This document shows positions 1 to 11,499 of a DNA stretch of 64,000 nucleotides, piece by piece. Made by a program: the position numbers and the translations under genes. The DNA is from Bacteriovoracia bacterium (GTDB lineage Bacteria; Bdellovibrionota; UBA1018; JBFWNL01): assembly GCA_050251055.1 (NCBI GenBank), contig JBFWNL010000003.1, forward strand, positions 32,001-96,000, read 5' to 3'. Within the stretch, counting starts at the first letter, position 1; each line of letters opens with the position of its first letter. The notes under the pieces are model-generated. The model saw only the letters and a list, made by a program, of their open reading frames with translations. It was not told the origin of the DNA and ran no database searches.

Positions 1-2
1 CC

Positions 3-644
3 GTCGGCGTGGGCTTCATGCACCGACCTTACGAGCCGGCTACGCCACTGGGAACTTCCGCGGGCATCGACTTCAGCATCGAAACCACGATGGCGAAGAT
101 CCCTCAGGATTTCAAGGACGCCCTAGCCACGCTCGGCAACGGGGACGCCGACGGATTGCCTGTGCTCCCCGTGCCGAAGCTTCACTTTCACAAGGGATTC
201 GGCCGTACCGATGTCGGTGTCTCGGCCATCGGCTACCAGGGATACCTCGCTTACGGCGCCGACGTGAAGGTCGTGATTTACAACCCCGAGGAGGGACTGA
301 CGTGGGCGCTACGGCTTTCCTACAGCTATACGAAGCTGGGGATCGTAACGGCGAAGACCTGGGAACCCGCTATCCTCATCTCCCGTGGTTTCAGTTTCGC
401 CAACACCTACGCGGGCCTGGGCGTCCAGCTCGTCTCCGGCTCGTTACATGTCGAGCACGAATTCGATACCCCGTTTGGCCCACAGACTTACGCGCAAGAC
501 TTCACCGCTACCGCGCGTGCCGTTTCCCTTTTCATGGGCGTCGGCTTCTGGATCGGCCCTACCGGTCTGAAACTTACGCTCGAAGGCTCCTTCAGCAGCG
601 CCCAGGCCCATACCATGGGCATGAAGTTCGGCTTTAATTTCTAG
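3..644 (+). CDS. Outer-membrane beta-barrel-like protein, 5' truncated by the window edge
   Basis: Frame is open from the window start; alternating amphipathic strands; C-terminal aromatic ending (MKFGFNF) typical of OMPs. Confidence 0.6.
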   Translation, partial: VGVGFMHRPYEPATPLGTSAGIDFSIETTMAKIPQDFKDALATLGNGDADGLPVLPVPKLHFHKGFGRTDVGVSAIGYQGYLAYGADVKVVIYNPEEGLTWALRLSYSYTKLGIVTAKTWEPAILISRGFSFANTYAGLGVQLVSGSLHVEHEFDTPFGPQTYAQDFTATARAVSLFMGVGFWIGPTGLKLTLEGSFSSAQAHTMGMKFGFNF

Positions 645-746
645 ACCGTGTCTTCAGTGAGACGGCCAGCCAACGCCAGTGCACAGAATCCTATCCCTAT
701 TCGCATATCGCGGGCAGATGTCCCCCACGCCCGTTAAGCTAGAAGC

Positions 747-1151
747 ATGTCGCAAATAAATTCGCCGTTGTCCCAATCGCTTCTAACCTGGATGGCTTGC
801 ACCTTGGTGCTAACCGCATCCGCATGCATGTATTCCCCCGGAGAACGGGAAGCTTACTTCGACGCGCGTCGACGCTGTGTACAAGCCAATCCGCCGCCGG
901 AAGGCAAGGCCGCCTGCCTGAGCAATCTGGAAGAACAGAAACGAAAACGCGATGAAGAACTCCAGATTAATCCGCTTCCCCGAAATGCCATCGTCGAAAA
1001 TCTCGACGAGATCGAGTCGGAGCTAGGCAAAATTCTCCCGTCCGACGAGCTCCAGGACTTCCTGGGATTGCCCAAAGAGGAAAAAATTACCCTGTTGATC
1101 TATGCATTGGCGGATCTCGCGCCGAAAACCGAAGAAAACAGCGGAAAATAG
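747..1151 (+). CDS. Hypothetical protein, possible lipoprotein
   Basis: 134-aa ORF with hydrophobic N-terminus and lipobox-like TASAC. Confidence 0.55.
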   Translation: MSQINSPLSQSLLTWMACTLVLTASACMYSPGEREAYFDARRRCVQANPPPEGKAACLSNLEEQKRKRDEELQINPLPRNAIVENLDEIESELGKILPSDELQDFLGLPKEEKITLLIYALADLAPKTEENSGK

Positions 1152-1189
1152 CGCGATTTTTTTGGAGCCCTGCCTTAAAATCTAAGGAA

Positions 1190-2197
1190 ATGGCTCTAAG
1201 ATCGCTCAAGATCGTCGTGCTGTTTGATTTCGCCGCGGCTCCGCCGGCGGATCACGATTATTCCACCTACTGGCAAGATCCGGAATGGCGCACCGAGCGC
1301 AACGTCGTCCAGACCCTACGCGCGCTGGGTCACCAGATTCATCTTTTTGGCATTCACGATACGGTCGATCCGCTGCTGGAGTTCCTGCGAGCGGAGCGGC
1401 CCGACCTCGTCTTCAATCTCTGCGAAGCGTTCGCCGGCGACCGGGAGCACGAAGCCAAGCTCGTGGCCATGCTAGAGCTATTGGGCATTCCGATCACGGG
1501 CAGCTCCTCTGTCGCCCTATCGCTCTGCAAAGACAAGGCGCTTACCAAAAAAATCATCGCTCACCACGATGTGTGCGTTCCACGCTTCGCCGTATCTAGC
1601 CCAGAGCGACCGCTGCGCAAGCTCCCCGACTTGAACACCCTGACATTCCCCGTACTAGTGAAACCGCTGGGTCTGGAAGCTTCCGAAGGCATCGCCCAAG
1701 GCTCCCTGGCGCAGTCCGCCGCCGCCGCCTTGGCGCGCGCGCGGCATCTGCACCGCAAGTATGGCGTGGACGTGATCGTGGAAGAGTACATCGTCGGGCG
1801 CGAGATCTATGTCTCCGTGATCGGCGACCAAGTTCTCCCGCCGCGCGAGCTGGTATTTTCGAAAATGCCCTCCGACCGCCCCCGTTTCGCCACCTATCAT
1901 GCCAAGTGGGACGAAGCCTACCGCCGACGCTGGGGCATCCAAACCCGTCCCCTCCGAGGGGTGGATAAGGAAGTCCTGGACCGGATCTTCGACGTGGCCA
2001 CGGAGGCCTACCGCGCCCTGGGGATTACCGGCTACGCCCGCATGGACTTTCGGTTAAACGATTCCGGTGAGCTTTACTTCATCGAAGCCAACCCAAACCC
2101 TTCTATCGCCCGCGAAGACGACTTTGCCCGCTCGGCGGCGGCGGGGGGGCTTGACTATCCCGCGCTTTTGGGAAAAATCATCGAACTAGCCCTATGA
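1190..2197 (+). CDS. D-alanine--D-alanine ligase family ATP-grasp protein
   Basis: PDLVFNLCE, DKALTK, VLVKP..EASEGI, VEEYIVGRE, GYARMDFR, YFIEANPNP motifs. Confidence 0.85.
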   Translation: MALRSLKIVVLFDFAAAPPADHDYSTYWQDPEWRTERNVVQTLRALGHQIHLFGIHDTVDPLLEFLRAERPDLVFNLCEAFAGDREHEAKLVAMLELLGIPITGSSSVALSLCKDKALTKKIIAHHDVCVPRFAVSSPERPLRKLPDLNTLTFPVLVKPLGLEASEGIAQGSLAQSAAAALARARHLHRKYGVDVIVEEYIVGREIYVSVIGDQVLPPRELVFSKMPSDRPRFATYHAKWDEAYRRRWGIQTRPLRGVDKEVLDRIFDVATEAYRALGITGYARMDFRLNDSGELYFIEANPNPSIAREDDFARSAAAGGLDYPALLGKIIELAL

Positions 2198-2958
2198 AAC
2201 TGATTTCTTGGAATGTGAATGGGATTCGGGCCGCGACCCGCGGCGGCTTTTTGAAGTGGCTCGAGCAGGAAGACGCCGACGTCGTGTGCTTGCAGGAGAC
2301 CAAGGCTACCGCCGCGCAACTCGAGCCCGCGGTACGCAGCCCGCTGAAGTACCGAACCGTGTGGCACTCCGCCCAGAAGGCCGGTTACAGTGGCGTCGCG
2401 ATCCTCAGCAAGCACGACCCGCTCGAAATCCGCGAAGGCATGGGCGTCGAGGACATCGACGCCGAGGGCCGGGTGCTGATTTTCGAATACCCGAACTTCG
2501 TCCTCATCAACGCGTATTTTCCCAACAGCCAGCGCGAACACGCGCGGCTTCCCTATAAGCTCGCCTTCTGCAAGGAGATGCTTAAGCTCTGCAACAAATA
2601 CAAAGCCAAGGGCAAGAACATCGTCCTTTGCGGCGATTACAACATCGCCCACCGCGAAATCGATCTCAAGAACCCGAAATCCAACACGAAGAACGCGGGT
2701 TTTCTACCGGAAGAGCGCGCGTGGATGGATCAGTTCCTGAAGGCGGGATACAGTGACGTATTCCGCGATCAACATCCCGAGCCCGGTCATTACACCTGGT
2801 GGAGCTATCGCCCCGGCGTGCGCGAGAAAAACATCGGTTGGCGTATCGACTACCACTGCGTGAACTCAGAGTTCGCCGACCGCGTGAAACGCACGGAGAT
2901 TCATCCGCACGTCATGGGCTCGGACCATTGCCCGATTCTTTTGGAAGTAAAGAAATGA
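2194..2958 (+). CDS. xth: Exodeoxyribonuclease III (AP endonuclease)
   Basis: SWNVNGIRA, LQETK, GYSGVA, GDYNIAH, YTWWSYR, GWRIDY, SDHCP motifs; ATGA overlap with the upstream gene. Confidence 0.95.
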   Translation: MKLISWNVNGIRAATRGGFLKWLEQEDADVVCLQETKATAAQLEPAVRSPLKYRTVWHSAQKAGYSGVAILSKHDPLEIREGMGVEDIDAEGRVLIFEYPNFVLINAYFPNSQREHARLPYKLAFCKEMLKLCNKYKAKGKNIVLCGDYNIAHREIDLKNPKSNTKNAGFLPEERAWMDQFLKAGYSDVFRDQHPEPGHYTWWSYRPGVREKNIGWRIDYHCVNSEFADRVKRTEIHPHVMGSDHCPILLEVKK

Positions 2959-4097
2959 CGCCGCTGCACGGTGCTCTGATCCGTGCTTCTCGTCAATTCG
3001 CTACGCTCGGCGCCTTGGCCGCGGTCACGAGCTGTACTGCGTCCTTTCAAAACGCGGTGGATGCCCAATACTACCTCTTCGTTTCCGCCAACGGGACCAG
3101 TCCCTATTCCATCAACGCGTTTTCTCTGGATGCCGTATCGCGCCTCACGGAGGGCACCCAGAACTCGGTCGATAACTCCTCGCCCCTCGTAGTCTCTCAT
3201 CCCAGCCGGCCTTGGATCGCAACGTCGACCTATGCGGGAAGCCCGCGACTGGTGACCACTTATTCCGTAAATGCGGCCGACGGCGCCCTCACGCAAATGT
3301 CACAGCTAACGATCGGAAATCAATCCCTGCGGGCATTGGCGCTGGACCCCATCGGTGAGTTTATCGTGGTGGGCATGGACACCTACCTACATCTGGTGCG
3401 GTGGGACGCCCGAACGGGCGCCGTCACTTCCCTCCCGGGCTATGACTATGTCACCCTCGATATCCAGGTCCCGGCGATGGCTTTTCATCCGAATGGAATC
3501 TGGCTTTATGTCATTCGACAAAGCACGATTTCGGTTTCCTACCTCGATGTATTCAGTATCGCCCGTGAGGCCGGAACTCTGACCCTGATGCAATCATTAG
3601 CGCTCGGGGCCAACCAAGACTACCGACGTTTAGTCATGCATCCAGATGGGCACACGCTGATTGGTTCGGAAGTCGTAAGCGGCGGCTCGGGGGTCGTTTC
3701 TTTCTCCATCGACCCGAGCACCGGCCTCGCCACATATGTAACTAAAAATCTCGGTATCATCGGCGGCCAGGGTGGATTCAAGTTCACCTCCGACGGTCGC
3801 TATCTCGTCAATTGGGCTTCGGCCGGTAGCCTGCAGCTCTATCGTTTGGATTCCGAAACTCACCTATTGAGTCTCTATTTCACGCAAAGTACGAACGTGG
3901 GATCGAACACCAATATCTTCGACCTAGCGATCAGCCCGGACGGTACGAAGATATATGGAGCCGAATATGGCGCGGGCAAACTCTACGAGCTTGGGCTAGA
4001 CGAAGCGTCCGGATACGTAACGTTACTTCAGACTTTCACTACTCCGCTGCAACCCCAGCGCATCGCGATTGTTCGTACCCTTAAACCTGCACCCTAG
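2955..4097 (+). CDS. Lactonase-like beta-propeller protein, probably exported/lipoprotein
   Basis: Repeated blades (HPNGIWLYV, HPDGHTLI, TSDGRYLV, SPDGTKIY). Start re-assigned to ATG 2955, coupled to the xth stop. Confidence 0.7.
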   Translation: MTPLHGALIRASRQFATLGALAAVTSCTASFQNAVDAQYYLFVSANGTSPYSINAFSLDAVSRLTEGTQNSVDNSSPLVVSHPSRPWIATSTYAGSPRLVTTYSVNAADGALTQMSQLTIGNQSLRALALDPIGEFIVVGMDTYLHLVRWDARTGAVTSLPGYDYVTLDIQVPAMAFHPNGIWLYVIRQSTISVSYLDVFSIAREAGTLTLMQSLALGANQDYRRLVMHPDGHTLIGSEVVSGGSGVVSFSIDPSTGLATYVTKNLGIIGGQGGFKFTSDGRYLVNWASAGSLQLYRLDSETHLLSLYFTQSTNVGSNTNIFDLAISPDGTKIYGAEYGAGKLYELGLDEASGYVTLLQTFTTPLQPQRIAIVRTLKPAP

Positions 4098-4522
4098 TCC
4101 AGCTTCTCGACTGCGATGCCAACGGATTTCAGCAGCTCGAGCGAGTCGCGCACGCGATAGTCCTCGCCGTAAAAGACTTTCTTCACGTTACCGAGGTTGA
4201 TGAGACGCTTGGCGCAGGCCACGCAAGGCAAGTGGGTGACAAACACAAACTTCTCGACGCTACGGGGAGAGTCGCAGTTAATGACCGCGTTTTCCTCGGA
4301 GTGCAGACAGCCGCAGTTCCCTGGCTCCTCACGGTCACAGCCGTTGCGCAAACCCGTGGCGTTACCGTTGTAACCGACGGCGAGGACCTTGCGAAAATCA
4401 GTGCTGGTAATGACGGTACCAACGTTCAACCGTCGGCAGGTGGAGCGCGCGGCCAAAGTTTGCGCGAGCTTCAGGTAGATGCTTTCGAAACTCGGCCGAG
4501 GCGGAACCTTATCCAAGCTCAC
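4094..4522 (-). CDS. dCMP deaminase / ComEB family zinc-dependent deaminase
   Basis: RSTCRRLNVG, GYNG, HSEENA, PCVACAK zinc-binding motifs. Confidence 0.9.
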   Translation of the reverse strand: MSLDKVPPRPSFESIYLKLAQTLAARSTCRRLNVGTVITSTDFRKVLAVGYNGNATGLRNGCDREEPGNCGCLHSEENAVINCDSPRSVEKFVFVTHLPCVACAKRLINLGNVKKVFYGEDYRVRDSLELLKSVGIAVEKLD

Positions 4523-5082
4523 TTGCCGGATCCTTCGCCTTCCGTGCGCAACGCGGGCTTCACGGGAATGTTGATGTAGCCTAAATAAGTTTGTAGCTCG
4601 CGGATCGACTCGTGAATGTCACCCACCGCGCGATGGGCGTTCTGCTTGGCGAAGTTCACGCCGTAACGCTCGCGGAAGACCTCTTTCCAAGACGTCACAT
4701 CCACCATCCGGTAGTGCAGACGCTGGGTGAACTCTTTCAAGTAACGATCGATGAAACGCCGGTCGTTGCCGATGGAGTTCCCGACAATCACCACCCGATC
4801 CGTCTTCGCGTAATGGCGGTCAAGCAACGCAATCATCTCTTTTTCTACTTCCGCAATGGGGGTGCCGGTAGGAATGGCCTTCGTCAGGCCGCTCTCGCCG
4901 TGGGTCTTCTGGCACCAGTCGTCCATCAGGGCAAGGATCTCGGGGGGCTGGAACACCACGCGGTGGTACTCCTCGAGCGGTTTGAAATTCCAGTCGGTCA
5001 CCACGGCCGCCACTTCAATGATGTGGTGGACATTTTCGTCGAGGCCGGTCATTTCGAGGTCGATCCAAAGCAGAGGTTTCAT
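4519..5082 (-). CDS. orn: Oligoribonuclease
   Basis: LLWIDLEMTGLD, HGESGL, GNSIGNDRRF, HYRMVDV, HRAVGDIHESIREL (DEDDh). Confidence 0.93.
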   Translation of the reverse strand: MKPLLWIDLEMTGLDENVHHIIEVAAVVTDWNFKPLEEYHRVVFQPPEILALMDDWCQKTHGESGLTKAIPTGTPIAEVEKEMIALLDRHYAKTDRVVIVGNSIGNDRRFIDRYLKEFTQRLHYRMVDVTSWKEVFRERYGVNFAKQNAHRAVGDIHESIRELQTYLGYINIPVKPALRTEGEGSGK

Positions 5083-5175
5083 ATCGCGTAGGAACGATTT
5101 AATCGGAAAAGCAGTTGTTTTTCAATCCAATTGCCGACAAACTTTGGAATTCAAACCACTCAGGAGGAGAAACTT

Positions 5176-5697
5176 ATGAAGAAACATATTTTCGCGATTG
5201 GGCTTTGCGCCATTTCCGCCACCGCATTCGCCGGAAAGGACCATCATGCGCCGGCCCCGATGCCCAAGGAGTTCGATAGCCTGAAGGCCCTGGTCGGGAC
5301 CTGGGAAGGCACGACGATGATGGAAGGCAAGGAAATGAAGGCCACGACGACGTACGAGCTCACCTCCGGTGGCACCGCCATCGTGGAGAAGCTCGGCCCC
5401 GGAACCCCGCACGAAATGGTTTCGATCTATCACAAATCCGGCAAGAGCCTGGCCATGACCCACTATTGCGCGATTGGCAACCAGCCGTTCATGAAGCTCA
5501 AGAAACACGACGGCAAGACCATGGCCTTCGAGATGGACATGAAGAAGCCCGTTGGCGTGGACTCCCACAAGGAAATGCACATGCATGCGGTTTCGTTCGA
5601 GTTCACCGATGCCGATCACTTCAAGCAAAACTGGACGAACATGGTGGATGGCAAGGTGGCCGACACCGCCGTCTTCACGATGACCCGCAAGAAGTAA
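5176..5697 (+). CDS. Secreted beta-barrel (lipocalin-like) hypothetical protein
   Basis: AGGAGG RBS before ATG 5176; signal peptide ending AFA; LVGTWEG and MTHYCAIGNQP conserved-looking motifs. Confidence 0.75.
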   Translation: MKKHIFAIGLCAISATAFAGKDHHAPAPMPKEFDSLKALVGTWEGTTMMEGKEMKATTTYELTSGGTAIVEKLGPGTPHEMVSIYHKSGKSLAMTHYCAIGNQPFMKLKKHDGKTMAFEMDMKKPVGVDSHKEMHMHAVSFEFTDADHFKQNWTNMVDGKVADTAVFTMTRKK

Positions 5698-5728
5698 GCG
5701 GCGTCGGTTTGCGGCTTTTTCAAAACGG

Positions 5729-5761
5729 AAAGGCGCCTTCGGAAACGAGGGCGCCTTTTTT
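5729..5761 (+). terminator. Intrinsic terminator, possibly bidirectional
   Basis: AAAGGCGCCTTCG-GAAA-CGAGGGCGCCTTTTTT between convergent genes. Confidence 0.85.
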
Positions 5762-6389
5762 ATTTGGGCGACTCAGGGGAAGGCGACGCATCTTCGCCAA
5801 AGCTCCAGCGCAGGCGAATGCCGACATCAAAGACACAAACCGAAGAAATCGCGTACTCACCGCTTCCGACTCCCGAATAGCTGACCGTCTTGCCGGGCAG
5901 CCAATACACCGTCAGGGCCGGACCATAGGAAAATGTCGGCCCAGATCGAAAAAGGTAACTCAGCGAAGGACCGATCGCCCAATTGTCATAAGCCCCGATC
6001 CCAATCGGAAGGACGAACCACTGGGAGGTGAAGCCGGTCGCCTTTCCCAGTTTCAGCCCGAGCCACAGCGCGCTCGACTCGGAACGGCTAGCCGCGTAGA
6101 ACGCCTCCACCCCGTAGAAGTTCAGAAAAGACAGCGTAAAAAAACTAGCGCCGAAGGTCGCCTTGAAATCGTAAAAGCCACCGACCGTCCAATCCTGGCC
6201 TAGACCCGCTTGAAGCTCAAGGCCGGTCGTCGCGCCAAAGCTCGAAGCCACTTCCGAGTTAGAGAAGGTCTTCGTAAAGCCTAAGCCCGTCTCGACGTGA
6301 ACAGGCAAAGCGTGCGCAGCGGCCGGGCCGCCGACGCCGACCACGAATCCCGCGATCACGAACTCTACGGCCAATAAGCTCGGTTTCAT
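5760..6389 (-). CDS. Hypothetical outer-membrane beta-barrel protein
   Basis: Signal peptide ending AHA; amphipathic strands; VGIRLRWSF near the C-terminus. Confidence 0.6.
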   Translation of the reverse strand: MKPSLLAVEFVIAGFVVGVGGPAAAHALPVHVETGLGFTKTFSNSEVASSFGATTGLELQAGLGQDWTVGGFYDFKATFGASFFTLSFLNFYGVEAFYAASRSESSALWLGLKLGKATGFTSQWFVLPIGIGAYDNWAIGPSLSYLFRSGPTFSYGPALTVYWLPGKTVSYSGVGSGEYAISSVCVFDVGIRLRWSFGEDASPSPESPK

Positions 6390-6556
6390 GTAAACACTTT
6401 ATATTACTTGTATTTTTCGATCAACATTACAAATAGGGCTCTATATTATTGAAACAGAGGCGGCGCGCCAGAAGCACTGCCTCAAAGCGCCCTTGATTTA
6501 CCTTCCCGAGGTAGGTAAGAACGTTAAATTCCAACTTCTTAGGAGACTAACCAGCC

Positions 6557-8668
<2,112 letters not shown>

Positions 8669-8688
8669 CCTTCATCTCGCGAATCTTC

Positions 8689-8723
8689 AAAAGGCCGGTT
8701 CCTTCACGGGACCGGCCTTTTTT
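8689..8723 (+). terminator. fusA intrinsic terminator
   Basis: AAAAGGCCGGTTCC-TTCAC-GGGACCGGCCTTTTTT. Confidence 0.9.
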
Positions 8724-8825
8724 GTTTCTGGCGGCGGGGGGCTACCCAGCTGGAATTCAAGCGGCCCCAACCGTCAATTTACACCACGCGCCTATCTCTC
8801 GCGCGCGGGATCCCCTACACTGAAA

Positions 8826-9005
8826 GTCCGCTCTATACGGGCGGCGAAAGGGGGTGGTGCCATGATGATTACATCGAGTAGCCAACCCATGGCGAACGGG
8901 GTGATGGCGCTCTAAACGAGCGACATCGCGAATCGTAGTTTCCCGTTCGCCATTGGGAAGCTTTTGCGGGGAGGCGTTCATTTCGATGGGCGCTTCCCCG
9001 TTTTT
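8826..9005 (+). ncRNA. Candidate structured small RNA (may encode a 17-aa peptide, 8862-8915)
   Basis: Three hairpins; G-U pairs in the first and last favour the + strand; ends in a 15-bp UUCG-capped stem plus U-tract; no family recognised. Confidence 0.5.
8967..9005 (+). terminator. Intrinsic terminator of the candidate sRNA
   Basis: CGGGGAGGCGTTCAT-TTCG-ATGGGCGCTTCCCCG-TTTTT, 15 pairs including 3 G-U. Confidence 0.8.
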
Positions 9006-9109
9006 ACTTGAGCCCTGCGTCTACGAAGACACAGGATCGCGGCTTAGAAGGCTGTCGATTTCCTAAACGGATCTTTCGTCGCCCCTCCTGAATTCATTGG
9101 GATTTTATT

Positions 9110-9125
9110 TGGTCCCGGTCTTGCT
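9110..9125 (+). promoter_or_regulatory. Putative sigma54 (-24/-12) promoter
   Basis: TGGTCCCGGTCTTGCT with exact GG-N10-GC spacing, ~70 bp upstream of ATG 9193. Confidence 0.55.
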
Positions 9126-9192
9126 CTTACCTATCCATAAGTTCAACAAATTCCGAAGAGTAAGTGACCGCTCAACCGATTATGGGCAAGGT

Positions 9193-11499
9193 ATGAAACG
9201 GGATCTGGTTACCGCATCTTTGATTTTCTTTTTCGGCGCCATGCTCGCGTCCATGCCGAGCTTCGCCGAAGACCCCGAGGTTGCATCGGCGATTGATCAA
9301 AGCATCAACCGCGTCGCCACGCCGGGACTCTACTTCCAGATCGGTACCCTCCAAGAAGCCCAGCTCGGCGACGTGCTCGGCGCCCACCTGCAGAACAACC
9401 CGCAATTCCTGCAAAAAGCGCTCGAAAAAGTCGAGGGCGCGCTGACCGGCTACACCGCGGTCCTGGGCCCGTTCGATGACGCCACGACATCCGGCGAGAA
9501 CGCGGATGCGATGAGCCTGCTCAATCACTTCTCCACGTTGACCCCCGTGGATGCTAACGGAAAGCCGATCCCGATCGTGCCGATGAAGCTTCGTAACGAC
9601 AGCGGCGTGGAGCGCGACGCAAAGTCGTGGTTCGCCGTCCACGTTCCGAAGCCGGTCGAGGGCCAACCCCCGCCCGTTCAGTTTGAAAGCGAGCTCGAAG
9701 CCAATCCCATCGAGTATGTCCCCTTGGACGATCAAGGCACGGTTCGCGTGACTTTCCGTATGCGTCGACTTTCCGCTCGCGTACGCGGCGCCCGCTTCGG
9801 ATACGCGTATCAAACTCCGGAAACCGTGGATAAGGTCGACGTCCTGGGTCGCCCGGTCTACGACTCCACGGGGCGCCCCGAACAAGTCCTCGTGCCCCCG
9901 ACCTTCCAAGATTTGCCGCTCGGCGAAGATGGCCAACCCCTGGATCCGATCGACGCTAGCGTCGATTTCCAGCAGCCCACGGTCACTTTCGTAGTGAAGA
10001 TGCCCGCGCGCGGAAGCTTGAAAGTGGAAGTACTAGACCTGCAGGTGAACCCGGGCCAGCCGGGCACCGTGAAAGCAAACATCGACTTCCGCCAACGCAC
10101 GATCCGCATCCCGGAGGTACCGGGACCACGTCAACCGGACGAGAGTTCAGTCGAAATCACGCTCGGGGAAAAAAGCGCGACCCAGATCCAGGATCTCGCG
10201 ACGACGAACATGGTGGCGTATCTCACCCGCCTCCCCACGTCACCCACTTTTCAGGAAAAAATGGTGGACCAAGCCAAGGTAGATCTCTCCACCGCCATTC
10301 AAGCCGCGATCCAAACCGAGCGCGTGCCAGTGTCCACGACGATCCCGATCAACTTCGTACGCATCCTGGCCAACCTCAAGGCCCAGATCGGCGACGGCTT
10401 GAGCCTGCGCCAGAACCCGATGCAATCAGCCCGCGAAGCTCCGAGCGAGCGAGAAGCCCGGCGATCGGCGGTGGATTTCCAACTGCTAGAAATCGGTAAC
10501 TCCGTGAGCGCGCTCCAGGCCGTGACCGACCCCGGTGCGCTGGAAAAGCTAATTCTGGGATTGGATGCGGTCGATTTGCTTTGGATTTCCAGCCTCGCTT
10601 CCCGGCCCAACGCCGCCGAAACGGCCAAGGCGCGGGCAGAGGCCAGACGGAAGCTTCTCAAACTTTTGGACAAAAAACCTTCCGAAATCACGGCCAAAGA
10701 CTTTAACTCCGTACGCGACGAAATCACGAGACTCCTTCTCTTGACCCGGGGGCAGGCAAGTTTGGACGGCGTTTTCATCTCCGCTGAGGAAGCAAGCTAC
10801 CTACGGCGCTACCGGAATATTCTCGACGGCATCGGAAAATCCCGTTCGATCGTCTTCAGGGCCTCGGAGGTGGGCACCGACCTTGAGCACGGGGTTTTCG
10901 CCATGGAAGCGTACGTACAGGGCGCCCGCCAAGTCTTGTACCCACTATCCGAATGTGACTGGCGCCCCGAGTTTCGGCGTGCCCGCGAGTCGCGCCTGAG
11001 TATCAGCCTGGAAATCATCAATAACCTCTTGGAGTTTTTCACCGACGCCGGAGAACTCGATCCCTTCCTCAAGGAAAGCGGCCTAAAGCTCCGAGCTCCG
11101 CCAAAGCTGGTGGCGATTCCGGGCACCAACCAGTTCGAGTTCCGCATCAAGGGCGACAAAGGTGGAACCCAGATCGATCTCATGGCCAAGCTTCGCATCG
11201 GGCCTTCGGCCGACGGCCGCGGCCTCCGCATCTATGACCTGCAAGCCAGCCGGACCGACGTCGTCGTGAACTACCCTTGGGATATTCTGGTGTCGGCACT
11301 CGATAGCTTGTTCGGAATTTCCGGCGGACGCTTCAAGGACGCCGTTAACGGCATGAAAACCAAGGTTGGGGAACCCATCGACATCCCGGCGCTCGATCAG
11401 CTGAAGCTGCGGGTAACCGACGTGAGCAACGACACCGCGGGCGTCACGAGCTTCTATTTCGTACCGACCAGCGCCGCAAATACGGAGGGCGCCCGATGA
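9193..11499 (+). CDS. Large secreted hypothetical protein, possible BPI/LBP (TULIP) fold
   Basis: Signal peptide ending SFA; PGLYFQIG and LSISLEIINNLL..GEL segments resemble BPI N- and C-domain starts. Start re-assigned to ATG 9193. Confidence 0.65.
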   Translation: MKRDLVTASLIFFFGAMLASMPSFAEDPEVASAIDQSINRVATPGLYFQIGTLQEAQLGDVLGAHLQNNPQFLQKALEKVEGALTGYTAVLGPFDDATTSGENADAMSLLNHFSTLTPVDANGKPIPIVPMKLRNDSGVERDAKSWFAVHVPKPVEGQPPPVQFESELEANPIEYVPLDDQGTVRVTFRMRRLSARVRGARFGYAYQTPETVDKVDVLGRPVYDSTGRPEQVLVPPTFQDLPLGEDGQPLDPIDASVDFQQPTVTFVVKMPARGSLKVEVLDLQVNPGQPGTVKANIDFRQRTIRIPEVPGPRQPDESSVEITLGEKSATQIQDLATTNMVAYLTRLPTSPTFQEKMVDQAKVDLSTAIQAAIQTERVPVSTTIPINFVRILANLKAQIGDGLSLRQNPMQSAREAPSEREARRSAVDFQLLEIGNSVSALQAVTDPGALEKLILGLDAVDLLWISSLASRPNAAETAKARAEARRKLLKLLDKKPSEITAKDFNSVRDEITRLLLLTRGQASLDGVFISAEEASYLRRYRNILDGIGKSRSIVFRASEVGTDLEHGVFAMEAYVQGARQVLYPLSECDWRPEFRRARESRLSISLEIINNLLEFFTDAGELDPFLKESGLKLRAPPKLVAIPGTNQFEFRIKGDKGGTQIDLMAKLRIGPSADGRGLRIYDLQASRTDVVVNYPWDILVSALDSLFGISGGRFKDAVNGMKTKVGEPIDIPALDQLKLRVTDVSNDTAGVTSFYFVPTSAANTEGAR

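Noticed and set aside
8820-8854. Hammerhead ribozyme or RNase P RNA (CTGAAAG-stem-CGAAA; GAAAGTCC)
   Set aside because: The core reads CUGAAAG rather than CUGANGA, and the region is too short and lacks the 3' conserved RNase P motif.
9156-9182. Sigma28 promoter (ACCGATTA)
   Set aside because: No matching -35 element at the expected spacing.
9097-9192. Upstream extensions of called ORFs (also 2799, 27145, 32901, 38378, 46519, 51325, 57297)
   Set aside because: Downstream starts fit RBS, signal peptide or family N-termini better; the extensions overlap promoters or neighbouring genes.
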